This document shows positions 46,956 to 59,284 of a stretch of DNA of 64,000 nt, one piece after another (position 1 is the stretch's first letter; the number at the start of each line of letters is the position of its first letter). The position numbers were made by a program, and so were the translations under genes. The stretch comes from Coniocarpon cinnabarinum. Its lineage: Eukaryota. Under the pieces are notes generated by a model, which worked only from the letters and a program-made list of their open reading frames with translations, searched no databases and was not told the origin of the DNA. The stretch lies in the NCBI GenBank assembly GCA_051942205.1, contig JAVECO010000039.1, forward strand, positions 1 through 64,000, in the 5' to 3' direction.

Positions 46956-49073
46956 TCACCCCAGCAAGCCTCCAAAGCCCCTGCCCTTCCTCAAATACCA
47001 ACCTGCCACACCAGCTACCGCGCTGACAGCACCCATCAACATCAGCATACCATCACTCACGACGATATCCTCCTTCACTCTCCCCACATCGGCCTGCTTC
47101 TGCCCCTTGCGCATTCGCTTCACCTGGTCGCCCCCCTCGTAGTCATCCCACTCCACTTTACTCAGCCTCGTCCCGAACTCTCGGCAGTCACCAGGCCAAT
47201 TGTTCGTGATCTTCCCAGTAGCAGGATCTTTGTACCACGAAGAGCAGTTCGGATCCGCAAATGGTGTCTGTGCCAATCGCGCCTGCATTTCTGTGTTGTA
47301 GCGTGAAATAGCTTCAGGTTTGGGGTACAATGTGAGCATTGCAGGTTCGGTAGCAGGGTCCTTGCCCATAGCTTTCGGCTTAGCCCCGGCACCACGGTTA
47401 CGTGGCTCTTTCCTCCCATCCAACACCGCACCAGCCAAGCCTGCGATGTAGCGGCTCTGTGCCTCCAGCATGAGGCCGATGCTGGAGTGGCCGAGGTTGG
47501 TGTTCGGTCCGTACATCATACCGAAGTTGGGTAGGTCTTGAACCGTCACGCCGTTGAGTGAGTGAGGGCCATTCGCCCAAATGTCACCCAACTTGCGGCC
47601 GTTGCGGCCAGTGAAATCGATGGGAGCAAGGAATGACATGGTCTGGAAGCCGGTAGCAAGGACGAGAACGTCGAGATTGTCGCTGTCAGGGACTGCAGTA
47701 GGGTTGGGTTTTGAAGATGTGTCGATCACGGGACCTGTTGGAGAAATCGATTTGATAGGACGAGGTTCCAGAGTGACATGTGGCTTCGCAAGCGCAGGAT
47801 AATAGTCGTCAGAGACACAAATTCGCTTGCAACCAACCTGGTATCTCGGTGTGAGCTGTTCGCGCATCCAGACATCGTGCTCGGAGTCGCTTGGGAAGGA
47901 CTTTTGCATTTTGGTAAGACAGTCCTGGGTAAATTCTTCAGCATAATCAGAGTTCTCATTATCCCTCCAAACTTCGTGGTAGCCCTCTCGAAGGTCGTGC
48001 ATACCAGCACGGATCCGCGACTGGATGTAAGGGAAGTAGTAGAAGAGGTTGCGGCGCCATTTGGGGACGTTCTGATCATTGCGAGTTGTGACCCAGTGAG
48101 GCGATCGATGGTAAATAGTGAGATGCTTGACGCGGTCGACAATCTCCGGGATAATTTGGATCGAGGTGGCTCCTACACACACTGTGAGCAAGGCACCTGA
48201 GCATAGCCCCCACGAGCCTGACGTATTGCTTACCAGCGCCAATAATGCCAACCCTTTTATCTCTAAGGTCGTACGTCCAGTCCCACCGAGCGCTATGCAT
48301 CATCTTGCCTTCAAACGAGTCTAAGCCGTCAATCTTTGGATACGACGGACGATTCAGCTGGCCAATAGCGCAGGTGAGAAAGTCGCTTGAGATGGTATAC
48401 TTGTCTCCATACTCCATGGCCTTTCCTCCCACGACCGAGACATCAAGATTCCATTGCTGAGTGGTATCATTCCAAGTTGCGGACTTGACCTCCGTGTTGA
48501 ACCGAACATATTTGTAAAGGTTCCACTTCTGGGCGACTGATATGAGGTAGTCCTGACACGCCGCTGTTAGCTTGTCCAAGCATTGAAGGTAAGCAGACGC
48601 TCTTGCAAACGTACCAGCATCTCTTCTTGACCGGGATATTCTCGAGTCCATGAGGGGTTCTGCTCGAAGCTGTAGCTATACAGCGTACTCCAGACTATTG
48701 ATATCAGCGTCAATGTGCATTTCCTGCCAGCCGGAACACAAACCATCACAGCAGCAGCCAGGGTATTTGTTGTCCAGCCCTGAATGTCCACCAGATCAGC
48801 CTCGTTGCTGTCCATGAGCCTAGTCAATACAGATACTTACAGGTCCCTCCGAAATTGTTGGACTTCTCGAGAATAACAAAGTTGTGGCAGTTGTGGTATC
48901 GGATAAGGTCGATGGCTTGACACATACCTATCGGCACTGTCAATATCTTGATATTGCTCGTTGGGCAGCTCTGAGTACGCACCACCCATGCCAGCACCGA
49001 TAATCACGACGGCTGCGCTGGTCTGATCCTCATTGCCCACAGGCACCTCAGGCCACGGCTTTGTGCCGCCCAT
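46956..49073 (-). CDS. Baeyer-Villiger/flavin-containing monooxygenase with C-terminal TM helix (~6 exons)
   Basis: IIGAGMGG, GGTW..N.YPGCCCDVWSTLYSYSF, FEGKMMHSARW (FxGxxxHxxxW), second Rossmann IIGAGATSIQ, GCKR, LATGF and PNFGMMYGPNTN. Confidence 0.94.
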
Positions 49074-49868
49074 CTTCGCTCACTTATTTGGCCCTGGATC
49101 CAGAGTGAACGCCTGTCAGTCCTGCGCTAGTGAGTAGTCCCAAGAGCAGATATGCAGTTACAACACGAAGATGCTCAGCAATGTTGGAAAGTCACTGGCA
49201 CGGAGAGCAAGATAAAGCAGTCTCATTCAGGGAACTATTTGAAGTCGCACCAGAATCAAGCTCGGGTGAATGAGGTACATCGCGAGCTAAGAGCAGCCGC
49301 ACGCTCAAGCGTCGCATCGAAGGCATTGCATTGGGTACAGCGTACATGGAGAAGTGGGGAGAAGCAAACGGTTAGGATCGAGGGGATCAGTGATGGAACG
49401 AGGGAAGTTTGGAGCCCACTTGAACGGACTGCTTTTGTGCGACCAGCGAGCTTCGGGCACGTGCGGGCCTCGGTCTAGCCATTCCGTGTCTTGACCAGTC
49501 CCGGCTCACGTGATTTATGCCGCGTTACAGCATGTCTACCACACTCATTATACATGTAATTTCAATCCTCTGCGAATACTATGGAGTTGTCCATTCCAAA
49601 GGACGGCACTGCTATGGAAGAGCAAATATCCGTTCGCTCTGGTGCTGACAATTTTCCCTTTACGCCGCCAACTAATGTGGATTTTACTGCTCGTCTCGTA
49701 CTCGAGGACCGCAAATGCTCCAATCAGCAATGTTCCTCTTAGAACACGACGCTATCATAACACTGAATCTACGTGCTTTCATATTTGGGTGCCGAACCAG
49801 ACTCCTGTGATGCTGGACGTCCTACATGTCACCCGTCCCTTAATTCCACAGCAGAATCACAGCAGCAC

Positions 49869-50830
49869 TCACAGCTTCAGCCTCTTCGCAACCTCAATCC
49901 CTTCAGCCAGTCCACCAACCCTCGCATCAATCGCATACCCCTCCCTCTCCAGCTTCCTACACTCCGCATGCAAGTCCGTCATGGGCACAGTAAACGTCTC
50001 AATGAACTCGCCATCCTCCAGCTGCTGCTTCGGCTTCCTATTCTCAGGATGCGACAGATCCACCGAGATATAAATCATCTTGACCGTAGTCGAGCACATG
50101 CCCGGGTCTTCACGAATGTCAGCATATCTCCCAAGCACTGACAAGCGCAACGAGCATACCGTTCCACATCACATGCCCCACGCCCCATCCCTCCTTCACA
50201 ACCTCACCCACATACCCCGTTTCCTCCTTCAACTCGCGGACCGCGCTCTGCTCGGGTCCTTCGCCGGCGTCTACGAGACCGGCGGGCACTTCGATGCACA
50301 CTTTGTTGACGGGCGGCCGGAACTGTTTCTGCAGCAGAACGTGCGGTGATGACGAGACGGCGCTCTTGTCTTCGAGGATGGCGACGATGCCCACGGCGTC
50401 TACGTCAGCGCCTGTGGGCTTTGTCGTTCGATTTGCGCCTTCCCATAGCCGCTCGCGGCCCGTTGGGTCTTTATAACGTATTCTGGAACCATGGTTAGTA
50501 AGGAACGGATCCGTCTTCCGTTCACATGTACAGCGTGATTTGCGGGCCTGACTTCGAAAGCCTCAATCCGTTGCTTCATTAAGGATCTCTGATCCTCAGG
50601 ACAATGGCGTATAGAAGACGTCAACACTGCATGCCAAGACTTCTATATGTCTCTCCAAATAAGCACAAGATAAGACATACTTCTCCATTTTGATCCACTT
50701 GGCCTCACTGGCGTCCTGAATGAGTCACTTATGAGCCTACTGCGGACCAACTGTTTTTACGCAGAGATAGTGGATCCAAGAGACCTACCAATGGGCTCTT
50801 TTCGAGTACTCTGGCATCGTGCACCGACAT
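49869..50830 (-). CDS. YSA1: ADP-ribose pyrophosphatase (Nudix, Ysa1/NUDT5 family); 4 exons, intron 2 = 50680-50483
   Basis: Nudix box GLVDAGEGPEQSAVRELKEETGY, QFRPPV..CIEVPAG, KWI..K..Y.DP.G..R.WE, DPG and LEDGEFIE. Confidence 0.92.
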
Positions 50831-51150
50831 TCTGCTGAGGCTTGTAGTGAATGTACGAGATCTATGTCTGGCTAGATGCCTGCACAGCGTATTGCGCATG
50901 TGGACAGAAAACCATCAAAGCGAGCAATGACGAATGAGACTTGTGGCGTGCTCCTGACAGGGTAGCATGGTGGAAATATCAATGTCTATTCGTTGAAGGT
51001 GCGTGGTGGTCACGTACATCTGGTATGAAGGATTGACGCAACTATCACAACACATGACGTTGGCGACTTGTCCTGGCAAGCTGACCCCTGCAGCACTTAT
51101 TGGATTCCACCTCGATGGTGCATATTCATTTGTCTCCCTTGATCCCGCAA

Positions 51151-52449
51151 TTAAGGCAATTTACGCCTTCCCCCACGACACCCCTTGCAGACCAGGATGT
51201 GGCATTCACAGCACTGAGTCAGGTTACCACGCGGGATGCCGCAATCCTCGCACTTTCGGCGGCGATAAAACGCCTTCCACCTCCCTTCGTGCTGACATTC
51301 GTGATGTTCGCGAAGATGACCGGCCATATCTTCGATTTGTTCACGACGTTTCGCAGCGTTTTGCAACTTATGCCCCGGCTGGCGATCAACGACCTCCGCT
51401 GCGCGCTCGTAAAGGCGATCTTCCTGCCACTGTGAGCAGATACACGTCTTCCATTCAGCGCCGCAGATGTAGCAGAACTGGTGACCACACAGGCAAATCA
51501 TCCTGTTGCAGCCAAAGTTCAGCTCCACGTAGCGGCGACATCCCGTGCACTGCTGGAATCCGGCGCTTCGGACCGCCTCCAGGAAAAGCCGGTCTTCATC
51601 TGGGATGCAGTCGCGATGATAGTTCTTGTGGGGCTTTTGAGCTAGATATCCGCAGCGTGTGCAAGTAAAGATCAAGCACGTATGGCACATCCGGCGAGAG
51701 ATCGTCGCACCTTTCGGCTTGTGCCCCAGGAAGCGTGCGCAATTGGCATTGCAGCAATACACTCGGTCCAATACTGGTGTTTCCGCCTCACTTTGCCGGC
51801 GTTTGTAGCTTCGCATGAATTGCTTGCCCATGACTCCTTTGATGTCATTTTCGGGGACGACATCGCAGCAGCGAGGAGGGAACGCGCTTTCGTCACGCAT
51901 CGCGTTGCTGATCAGGGTGCGTAGACACCCATGGCAATAGAGATGTGAGCAAGCCAGCTGAGTGACGTCTTTCGGAGCAAAACTGTCAGTGCAGGCAATA
52001 CACTGGCGTGTATTGTTTGGTTTCCCGTTCGACGAACTCGAAGATTGTTCGTTGTTGTCCAAAAAGCTCTTGTCTTGTTTCAGTGAGTTCTTCAGCTCTA
52101 AAAGTTGAGATTGCAAGGCCGCGCGACTGTCCTGGGAAAGCCAGGCATTGTTGAGCACTGATTGTAACTCTTCAGCTCGAAGTCGAAGAACATCTAAATC
52201 AGAATTATTGTTGGCGTCTCGTGCACTCGTCCCGCGCATGCTGCTTCTGAACACGTCCCCGTCATTGAGTTGGCCGTCCGAGTCTTCTTGTGAAGACATG
52301 TCAGGCAGGTCAACAAGGTTCTCACATGGAAGTCGGAAAGACGAGTCTGAAGGTGGAGAGTGGTTCCTCAAGACTTCAAGCCAGGATCCGTCAAATTCCC
52401 CATCTGGATACATCTGTTGCCAATCCTCATCCTGCTCGTCGAGCTCCAT
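51151..52449 (-). CDS. RBR (RING-IBR-RING) E3 ubiquitin ligase with extra C-terminal Cys-rich finger
   Basis: RING1 CIAC..CSHLYCHGCL..PPRCC, IBR YCCNANC..C..C..TC..C..H and RING2 QCTGC...GCNRMICLCGHQFCYICG. The start codon is uncertain. Confidence 0.92.
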   Translation of the reverse strand: MELDEQDEDWQQMYPDGEFDGSWLEVLRNHSPPSDSSFRLPCENLVDLPDMSSQEDSDGQLNDGDVFRSSMRGTSARDANNNSDLDVLRLRAEELQSVLNNAWLSQDSRAALQSQLLELKNSLKQDKSFLDNNEQSSSSSNGKPNNTRQCIACTDSFAPKDVTQLACSHLYCHGCLRTLISNAMRDESAFPPRCCDVVPENDIKGVMGKQFMRSYKRRQSEAETPVLDRVYCCNANCARFLGHKPKGATISRRMCHTCLIFTCTRCGYLAQKPHKNYHRDCIPDEDRLFLEAVRSAGFQQCTGCRRYVELNFGCNRMICLCGHQFCYICGAEWKTCICSQWQEDRLYERAAEVVDRQPGHKLQNAAKRREQIEDMAGHLREHHECQHEGRWKAFYRRRKCEDCGIPRGNLTQCCECHILVCKGCRGGRRKLP

Positions 52450-53368
52450 GAACTGCAATCTCGAGGATGCTCATCGAAAGTTAAGCAAAGTGTTAGACGC
52501 CGACTACGAAGCTAGATGTACGAAGCGTTCGCATACTGAAATTTGAGAAGCCTGTCGTACGGGAACAGATGTAGCAGTTATGTAGCGGAAAGATTGTGTG
52601 AGCAAGGAAGCATAGTTTTTACAGGAATCTGTGGGTAGCTTTGTGTTTGCCACAGTGAAGACCAATGATATTGACTGCATTGACAGGATCACTTCCTCAC
52701 ATACATTCTTACATGTGATTGAGAAGTCATTGTTTCTTACCTTCAGTCCTACTTTGGTGAAGAAAAGAGAAAGATCCTACATCCGCGTTGGATCCAACGT
52801 ACCAGAGTTTATCTCCAGCGAGCTGCATGCTGTGTTTGCTCTTTCACTTCGGGCCTTGGTCATGATAGCTGTTGTTCGCACCATTATACAGCTTTGAGAG
52901 TTCGAGAATACTGACCGTTCGCCATACATGACAGCCTTGGAGAATTAGCAAGCATCAAGTTCCACAGCATGAAGTCAAAGTTGCTAATAACAGCCACTTC
53001 AAGCTATTATTGTCTCGATAGATAGGCTTGCAAATGATGCATGCGTGAATTTCGAGAATCGGCAGAGGCTTTCATTCGCAACAACACGTATTTGGAAACT
53101 CCTCCTTGAAATCTACCTGCGCGCAGTCGGTACCTTGCGCTATTTTAGCGTGATACCGACGATGTAGGCTCTTGGATTTTACATTTACGGTCATCAGAGG
53201 TCGCTGACGCATCTGCGGTTCTCTCCATAGCTTCGAAGCTCAGCGCTGAAGGTTCAGAGCACTTCAAGCACTTCCGGAGAAGTCTTACGAGCCGAGGAAA
53301 TTGTGATCGAGGGGAGAGCACGTGGCTCACCCGAGCCATCTCTTCGTCATAGCGTAGCAACCACAATA

Positions 53369-54493
53369 ATGTCTGACTCTCCACATCCAACCATACCAGT
53401 TTCTCCAAACGCCCTACGCACGCTGATTCTCTCAATCCTCACGTCACCTCAGTATGGCGTGCCGCAGAAACATGCTGAAACCGTGTGCGAAGCAATGCTC
53501 ACCGCCGACCTCACCGGTCACGACACGCACGGATGCCAGCGCCTCCCATCCTACCTGAGGCGCATCCGCGAAGGTGTCATGAACGCCACTGCAAACCCCA
53601 TCGTGACGTATCCTGCGCCCGCTGTGGCCGCAGTCGACGGTCAGAACACGTTTGGCCATGTCGCGGTGGCAGCAGCAATGGATGCAGCAATGGACCTGGC
53701 CGAGAAGTTTGGGGTCGGCATGGCAGGCGTGAAGCACAGCAATCACTTTGGCGCAGCGAGCTGGGTGATTGAACGCGCAACGGCGCGAGACTTTGCTGCC
53801 GTCGTGTTCACAAACAGCAGTCCAGCGTTGCCGCCATATGGTGGACGCGAGAAGCTGCTCGGTGTAAGTCCTTTGGCTGCTGGCTTTCCAGGGACCACGT
53901 CGGGCGCAACTGGCGCAACTGGAGCAACAAAATCGGTGAAGCCTTTTGTTCTAGACATGGCGCCGTCCGTTGCAGCGCGTGGAAAGGTCATCAAGGCTCT
54001 CAGGCGTAATGAATCAATTCCTGCCGGATGGGCGTTAGACCGGGACGGTAAACCCACCACTGATCCGGCTGCCGCACTGGAAGGCACCATGCTCCCTATA
54101 GGCGGGCCGAAGGGGTCAGCCCTCTCCATTCTGATGGATGTCTTTTCAGGCGTGATGACTGGCGCCGCATTTGCTGGCACTGTGGCCAGTCCATATGATC
54201 CAAGTCGACCAGCTGATGTAGGTCATTTTGTTGTGGCAATGAAGCCAGACCTGTTCGTGGACCGTAGTGAGCTTCATGAGAGACTGGGGAAGTTGTGGAC
54301 TTCTGTTACAGAGAGCACGCGCGGAAGTGACGTCGACCGAATCTGGTTTCCAGGAGAGAAGGAACAGGAAACACGCGAGCGGAGGCTGACGTGCAGTATA
54401 CCACTCACGCAGCACGAGATAGACATCCTGAATGACGAGGCATTTTCTGTGCGTGTAACACCACTCATAACACAACCTGCACGTACTTTTTAA
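53369..54493 (+). CDS. Type-2 malate/L-lactate dehydrogenase family oxidoreductase (Ldh_2; AllD/YiaK/ComC/DpkA-like), intronless
   Basis: ADLTGHDTHG..RL..Y, VDGQNTFG, SNHFG, NSSP, LDMA.S..ARGK, GWALD..G.PTTDP and GGPKGS.L. Confidence 0.93.
   Translation: MSDSPHPTIPVSPNALRTLILSILTSPQYGVPQKHAETVCEAMLTADLTGHDTHGCQRLPSYLRRIREGVMNATANPIVTYPAPAVAAVDGQNTFGHVAVAAAMDAAMDLAEKFGVGMAGVKHSNHFGAASWVIERATARDFAAVVFTNSSPALPPYGGREKLLGVSPLAAGFPGTTSGATGATGATKSVKPFVLDMAPSVAARGKVIKALRRNESIPAGWALDRDGKPTTDPAAALEGTMLPIGGPKGSALSILMDVFSGVMTGAAFAGTVASPYDPSRPADVGHFVVAMKPDLFVDRSELHERLGKLWTSVTESTRGSDVDRIWFPGEKEQETRERRLTCSIPLTQHEIDILNDEAFSVRVTPLITQPARTF
53903..53929 (+). repeat. 9-bp in-frame tandem repeat GGCGCAACT x3 (Gly-Ala-Thr insertion)
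   Basis: Read directly; encodes GATGATGAT in a loop of the dehydrogenase. Confidence 0.85.
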
Positions 54494-54708
54494 TCTCGTT
54501 GTCCAGGATTGAACGTATGTCCATCTTTTGAGAATGTTTTTGTGAGCGAATAGAAGGATACTTGAGATGGCAGTAGACACGATCAGAGCGTAAATGAAAG
54601 TTTGTGTCATTTCATTGTATATGCATGGCTTCAAAACTTCAATCATGGGGTATCATTCCGCATTACGCCACGCTTAGAGAATCGTTTATTTTGAATGCTC
54701 GTGTTGGG

Positions 54709-55473
54709 TCAAGCCTCCTGCGTTTGCTTCTCATCCGTGAAAAGAGGAGCAGAGAATGTCGGAGAGTCCTCGTAATGCTCCTTCAGAGGGCTTGCGCCGG
54801 CCTCTTCCACGTCCTGGCGCTCTTGCAAGATGCGGCTGTAGGTCCTCACTTTCATGGCAAGGAGCACTTGCACAAAGGTGAGCCCAACCGCCACCAAAGC
54901 AGCAAACACCTGAAGAACAAGAATGACGCTCATACACTGTTCCGTCAGCTCGAGCTCGACGACTCCTTGGCTCTCAGCTGACGTTAACAGGCCGCTCGAC
55001 TGCAAAGCCTGCAGACGCACGTTGATCGAGTCTGGAGAGCAGATCGATCCACGGATTTCCGGAAAGAAGAACATGGTCAACACGCGAGGGGTCGCGCAGA
55101 GGACAACGTCGATGATCAAGTAGTTGGCGAAGATGGCGACCATGGTAGCGTTCTCCTGCAAGTGGTCAGCGAATTTCAAGGCCATTACCATGCTGACAAC
55201 GGTGCAACAAACCTTTTTCGCTCCTACGACGCCGACAATTGCTAGTATGCTTGCGAACCATGAGTAAAAAGATAGATGAGACGACATGTCCAGAGGATCG
55301 TCTGGTAAGCGCCAAAGCAGGCTTGCTGTGCCCACATTTTGGAAGAAGACGAAGATGGCCAAGAGTAGCGTGAGGCGCCTGTGAACGGATCGTCAGATTG
55401 AATGTGTTTGAATGGCAAAGCGATAGAAAAATCTTTCGTACCTGTAGAAGCTGTGTGAGGTGGAATGAGCCAT
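54709..55473 (-). CDS. Four-TM membrane protein (tetraspanin-like topology); introns ~55441-55379 and 55212-55156
   Basis: Spliced MAHSTSHSFYR|RLTLLLAIFVFF..., four hydrophobic helices and a Cys pair flanking the large loop. Confidence 0.65.
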
Positions 55474-56621
55474 GACGCTGATCAACAAGCTCGCGCGGCT
55501 AGGAGGCGCGGGAAAGCGACAAGAGCTCCAAGCTCGAGTCGAGAGGAAGCTTCAGTGTACGATCGTGCAGCGATGATGTGCAAAGGTCTCGTTACAGCTA
55601 CGATGGAGGGACTGTGAGCAGCAGTGATGGTAGAAGATGGAGAAGAGAGCGTGAAGCAGGCGTGAGAAGAGAGGGACTCGGCGTCCGAAGTTAGGACGAG
55701 TGAGCTTACAAACATAAGGTGGTGCGGCACCCACACCGCACAGGGCACTCTGGCGCCCTGTCACCCTGCTCTGGCGTTTCTCATGCCGTAAATCCGCTCT
55801 ACCCTCTACCCTCGTCATAGCAACCCAGCGCCACTGCGGCAAACTCTTCTGGCATCTCTCGCCCTCTGCCCTGTGCGAAGCTTGGGCATTCACCGTGATT
55901 CTGCCGCCCGTTCGACGCGGTATGCAAGGAAAGCTCACGCACGAACAGCTAGCTATGCCACTACAGCACCTAATGCACCGCAGCACCTACACCTGTGTCG
56001 ATCATCTGCAACAGGCCGACACGCCGGGTGTCCCTCGTCAATTGGCCCAAGCGTAGTAGCTACTTCACCTGGCCATCCGATCCTCCCGCGACGTGGGCAC
56101 CAGCCTGCGTGGCTGCAAAGTTAGGTTTGCGAGGTCACCTGCTGCCATTCCTATTCGGGACACCCACGCCCAGACCGAGATGATTAATCGTGACACGAGG
56201 GCGGCTGCGCGCGGCATCTGCCTTCCCAGCGATCTGAGATGTTCACATCCTTCGTAAATACGAGCCTGCTTCACATTGGGGCGCTCGAACCGGTCACGGG
56301 TGGGGCGGCTTCTCAGCAGCAGGTCGTTCCGCATTCTTGGCATGGGATCCAGACCTGACGCGAATTGTAAGCACCGTTGCCGCATGCTGGTCAGAGGGAT
56401 GTGCGATCAGGCCGGAAATGCAGAAAGCAGTGGGCTGCGGTCGGCACGTGCGCAAGCTGGGGCATTCATGCATCGTGTTCATAAATTCTACCTGACTCCA
56501 CGTCTATGCATAGAAGCTCAACATCTATCCCCATGACCGTGGTTTTCCGTGCCTGCACCGTCTATCGACCCCCAAGACGCTGGCCGCACATGTCTCAGGC
56601 TGTGTCAATGAGATCCGACCG

Positions 56622-57745
56622 CTAGTGGAAGATGGGCAAGAAGAAACCCATGTCGATGGGGTCGTTGAAGCGCAGGTTCTTGTTGAGCGCGGAGATTTCC
56701 TTGAGCTCGGTATCAGTCAAGTTCCACTGTGTCACATCCAAGTTTTGTTGCAAGCGCGTCTGCTGGTTGCTCTTGGGAATGACCGAGATGCCTCGCTGCG
56801 TGGCCCAGCGCAACAGGACCTGAGCCGGAGTCTTGTTGTGAGCCTCGGACGCTTTCTTGACAACGGCATTTTCCATGAGCAAGGGGTTCTCTTTCGCGGT
56901 CTTGAAGTCCATCTCAACATAGCTCGATGGGCCAAACGAAGAGTAAGCAGTGATGGTGATTCCATTGTCCTGGCAGATCTTGACCAAGTTGGGCTGCGTG
57001 AGGTAGGGGTGATGCTCGATCTGGAGGGTCGCTGGTGGGATCTTGCAGTAACGGAGCAGGTCCATGATAAGCGCACCGTTGTAGTTGGAAACGCCAATGC
57101 TCTTGGTTAGACCCTTCTCCTTGACGGCTTCCATGGCGTGCCATGTCTCGTCCAGAGGAGCTTTGCTTGTGGTGACGCCGCCCTTCTCGTCGTCCCAGTC
57201 AAGAGCCTTTTGGTCCGGGTCCTGGTACTTCAACGCCACGGGGAAGTGGATAATGTACAGGTCGATGTAGTCGAGTTGGAGGTCTTTCAACTGACGTCGC
57301 AGAATCGGCTCAACGCGCTCCTTCTCGTGGAAGTAATTCCAGAGCTATTGTTGTTAGCACGACAGTCGGCAAGTGGTTCGAGTCGCGCCAACCTTGGTCA
57401 CGATGAACAAATCCTCGCGCTTCACAAGGCCGTCCTTGATGGCGCGCTGAATACCTTGGCCAACCTCCTTCTCGTTGCCGTAGACTGGCCGTTGGTCAGC
57501 ACACCATCGTCGCTGCTCCGGTTTTTTGCCAGGGACCACTCAAAGATCCAGCTGACGTCACTAGATCACAGGGAGCGGGGCAGGAGAGATTGCTTACCGT
57601 GAGCACCGTCAAAGAGACGGTAGCCGGTCTTGATGGCATTGTAGACCTGGTCAGGCGCCGCCTCTGGGGGCACTTTCCAGAGGCCGAAGCCGACGAGTGG
57701 CATGGCATTGCCATCATTGAGCTTCACAGTCGTTGGTTGGCTCAT
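56622..57745 (-). CDS. XYL1: Aldo-keto reductase, xylose reductase (AKR2B)-like; introns 57597-57485 and ~57391-57346
   Basis: [53 protein letters not shown] and LRFN; TATAAA on the minus strand at ~57834-57839. Confidence 0.9.
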
Positions 57746-59260
57746 TTTGCTTGGGGTCTGATTTCGGAAAGGGCTGGTTGGGGAGAGACAGGTCTTGGTG
57801 GAGGATCGAGAGTGGCACGCGTTGTCGCAAGGCTTTATAAAAGGATGTGATCGAAGAGGACAGAAAACTCTTTGACACAGCAACGGCACGAAACTAGACA
57901 GGGCAGGTGGAAGCTTGGTGACTGTGGGGCGAGATGGTCACTCTTGTGGGGAGTCGCCCCTCATCCATTGCCCGTGTGCCCGTGCAAGGAATAAGCCCAC
58001 GGGAGATGGGAGGCCACAAGTGAACACATATCCTTCTCGTGCCCCAGGATGACAGGGGCCAACGACGTGCACGCCTGCATGACTGGCCAGGTCTTCGTGT
58101 TGACAAACGGTCATCTGCCTCTTGCGTCCACAGCCGTTTCTCAAGCGAGGATGCGAGAAAGCCACCTGTTTCAACTGTCTGTCCGAGCGGCGCTGGTTTC
58201 GACTGACGACGGCCTGTTACAGGCACTCGCCTCAAGCGCAGTGAGAGCCGTGTTCGCACGAACGGGACGCAAAGTCGCCTCGCCAGAATCACGACGAGAT
58301 TGGACGGCTGTGAAGGACGGACAGCCAGGCGCAGAGCCCATCATATCTGAGCGCGTAGGCGTGAACGTTGCGTTATTTTTGGTGGGCCTTCGGCAGATAC
58401 TCGACCGATTCATGCCAATGGCTTTTTGAGCTCGTGAGCTCACAGCTATCCGACGGGCATGCGTGGTTGCGGTGCTGCCACCTACGTATTCCCAACTCCC
58501 GACCAGACCTAGCGTTGGCCTACGATTGTGCAGCAGCTCGACGCCCGCAGCAGCTCAGTTGAGTGCTCGATCACGAGATAGAGCCAGCCTCTATACCCGG
58601 TGCCCGTTGTCACTGATCTGCGTATGGTGTGCATGCAGAACCGCTCTACTGGGCAGCTCTGGTGGCCCGCCAGTCTGGTGTTTTTTTTTTTTTTTTTGGA
58701 AGTGCAATTGGGCGTGCGATGTCTGAAACCTCTTTTTTTACATGTGACGAGTATTCTGAAAGCTCCTGCAAAAACCTAGGCTTTCTATTTACGGCTAGCA
58801 CAGTTTGGTCTACAACGGCTATCATCAGGATGTGTTTGAGAAGGAGCGCCGACGACTGGCCAAAAACATACAATCGCTGGCGAGGCCCGGTCGATGTACA
58901 GTGACTTAGCAGTCTATATACTTGGAGGCATGACAAAAGGTACTTGTCATTCGGTTCGTGGTTGCAGAGACACCCCACTCAATCAGTAGACGTCTTGTCC
59001 GGATATTAGGGCCTGTATAGAGGTTAGAGTAAAGGGGGTGAAGAAGACAAGGGCGGTTGATATGGAAGGCGCTCCATGAAGAGGACGAGGAGCACGCTTG
59101 AGACGAGGGATGCTGAACGAGTCAGAGCAAGCCGTAGCGTGATACAGAGCACCATCGTCCCTTTGTTGTCCGCTTGACTAGCACATGTTGAGACTAATTC
59201 AGAGGAGCTGATGCGATGAGCGCTGCTGGAAGGGGGATCATACACTTGCACACCAGACGC

Positions 59261-59284
59261 CGAGCTACGAGCTACGAGCTACGA
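59261..59284. repeat. 7-bp tandem repeat CGAGCTA x3.4
   Basis: Read directly in intergenic DNA. Confidence 0.8.

Noticed and set aside
57370..57392. GGTTCGAGTC B-box-like motif
   Set aside because: It lies in an AKR intron and has no cloverleaf or A box.
46956..57745. Secondary-metabolite or catabolic cluster (BVMO, Ldh_2, AKR; also P450 plus TF at 17-24 kb)
   Set aside because: No PKS, NRPS or terpene backbone and no transporter; the enzymes are interspersed with housekeeping genes.
58681..58697. Poly-T tract as a retroelement tail
   Set aside because: No adjacent element body or target-site duplication was seen; it is probably a promoter poly(dA:dT) tract.
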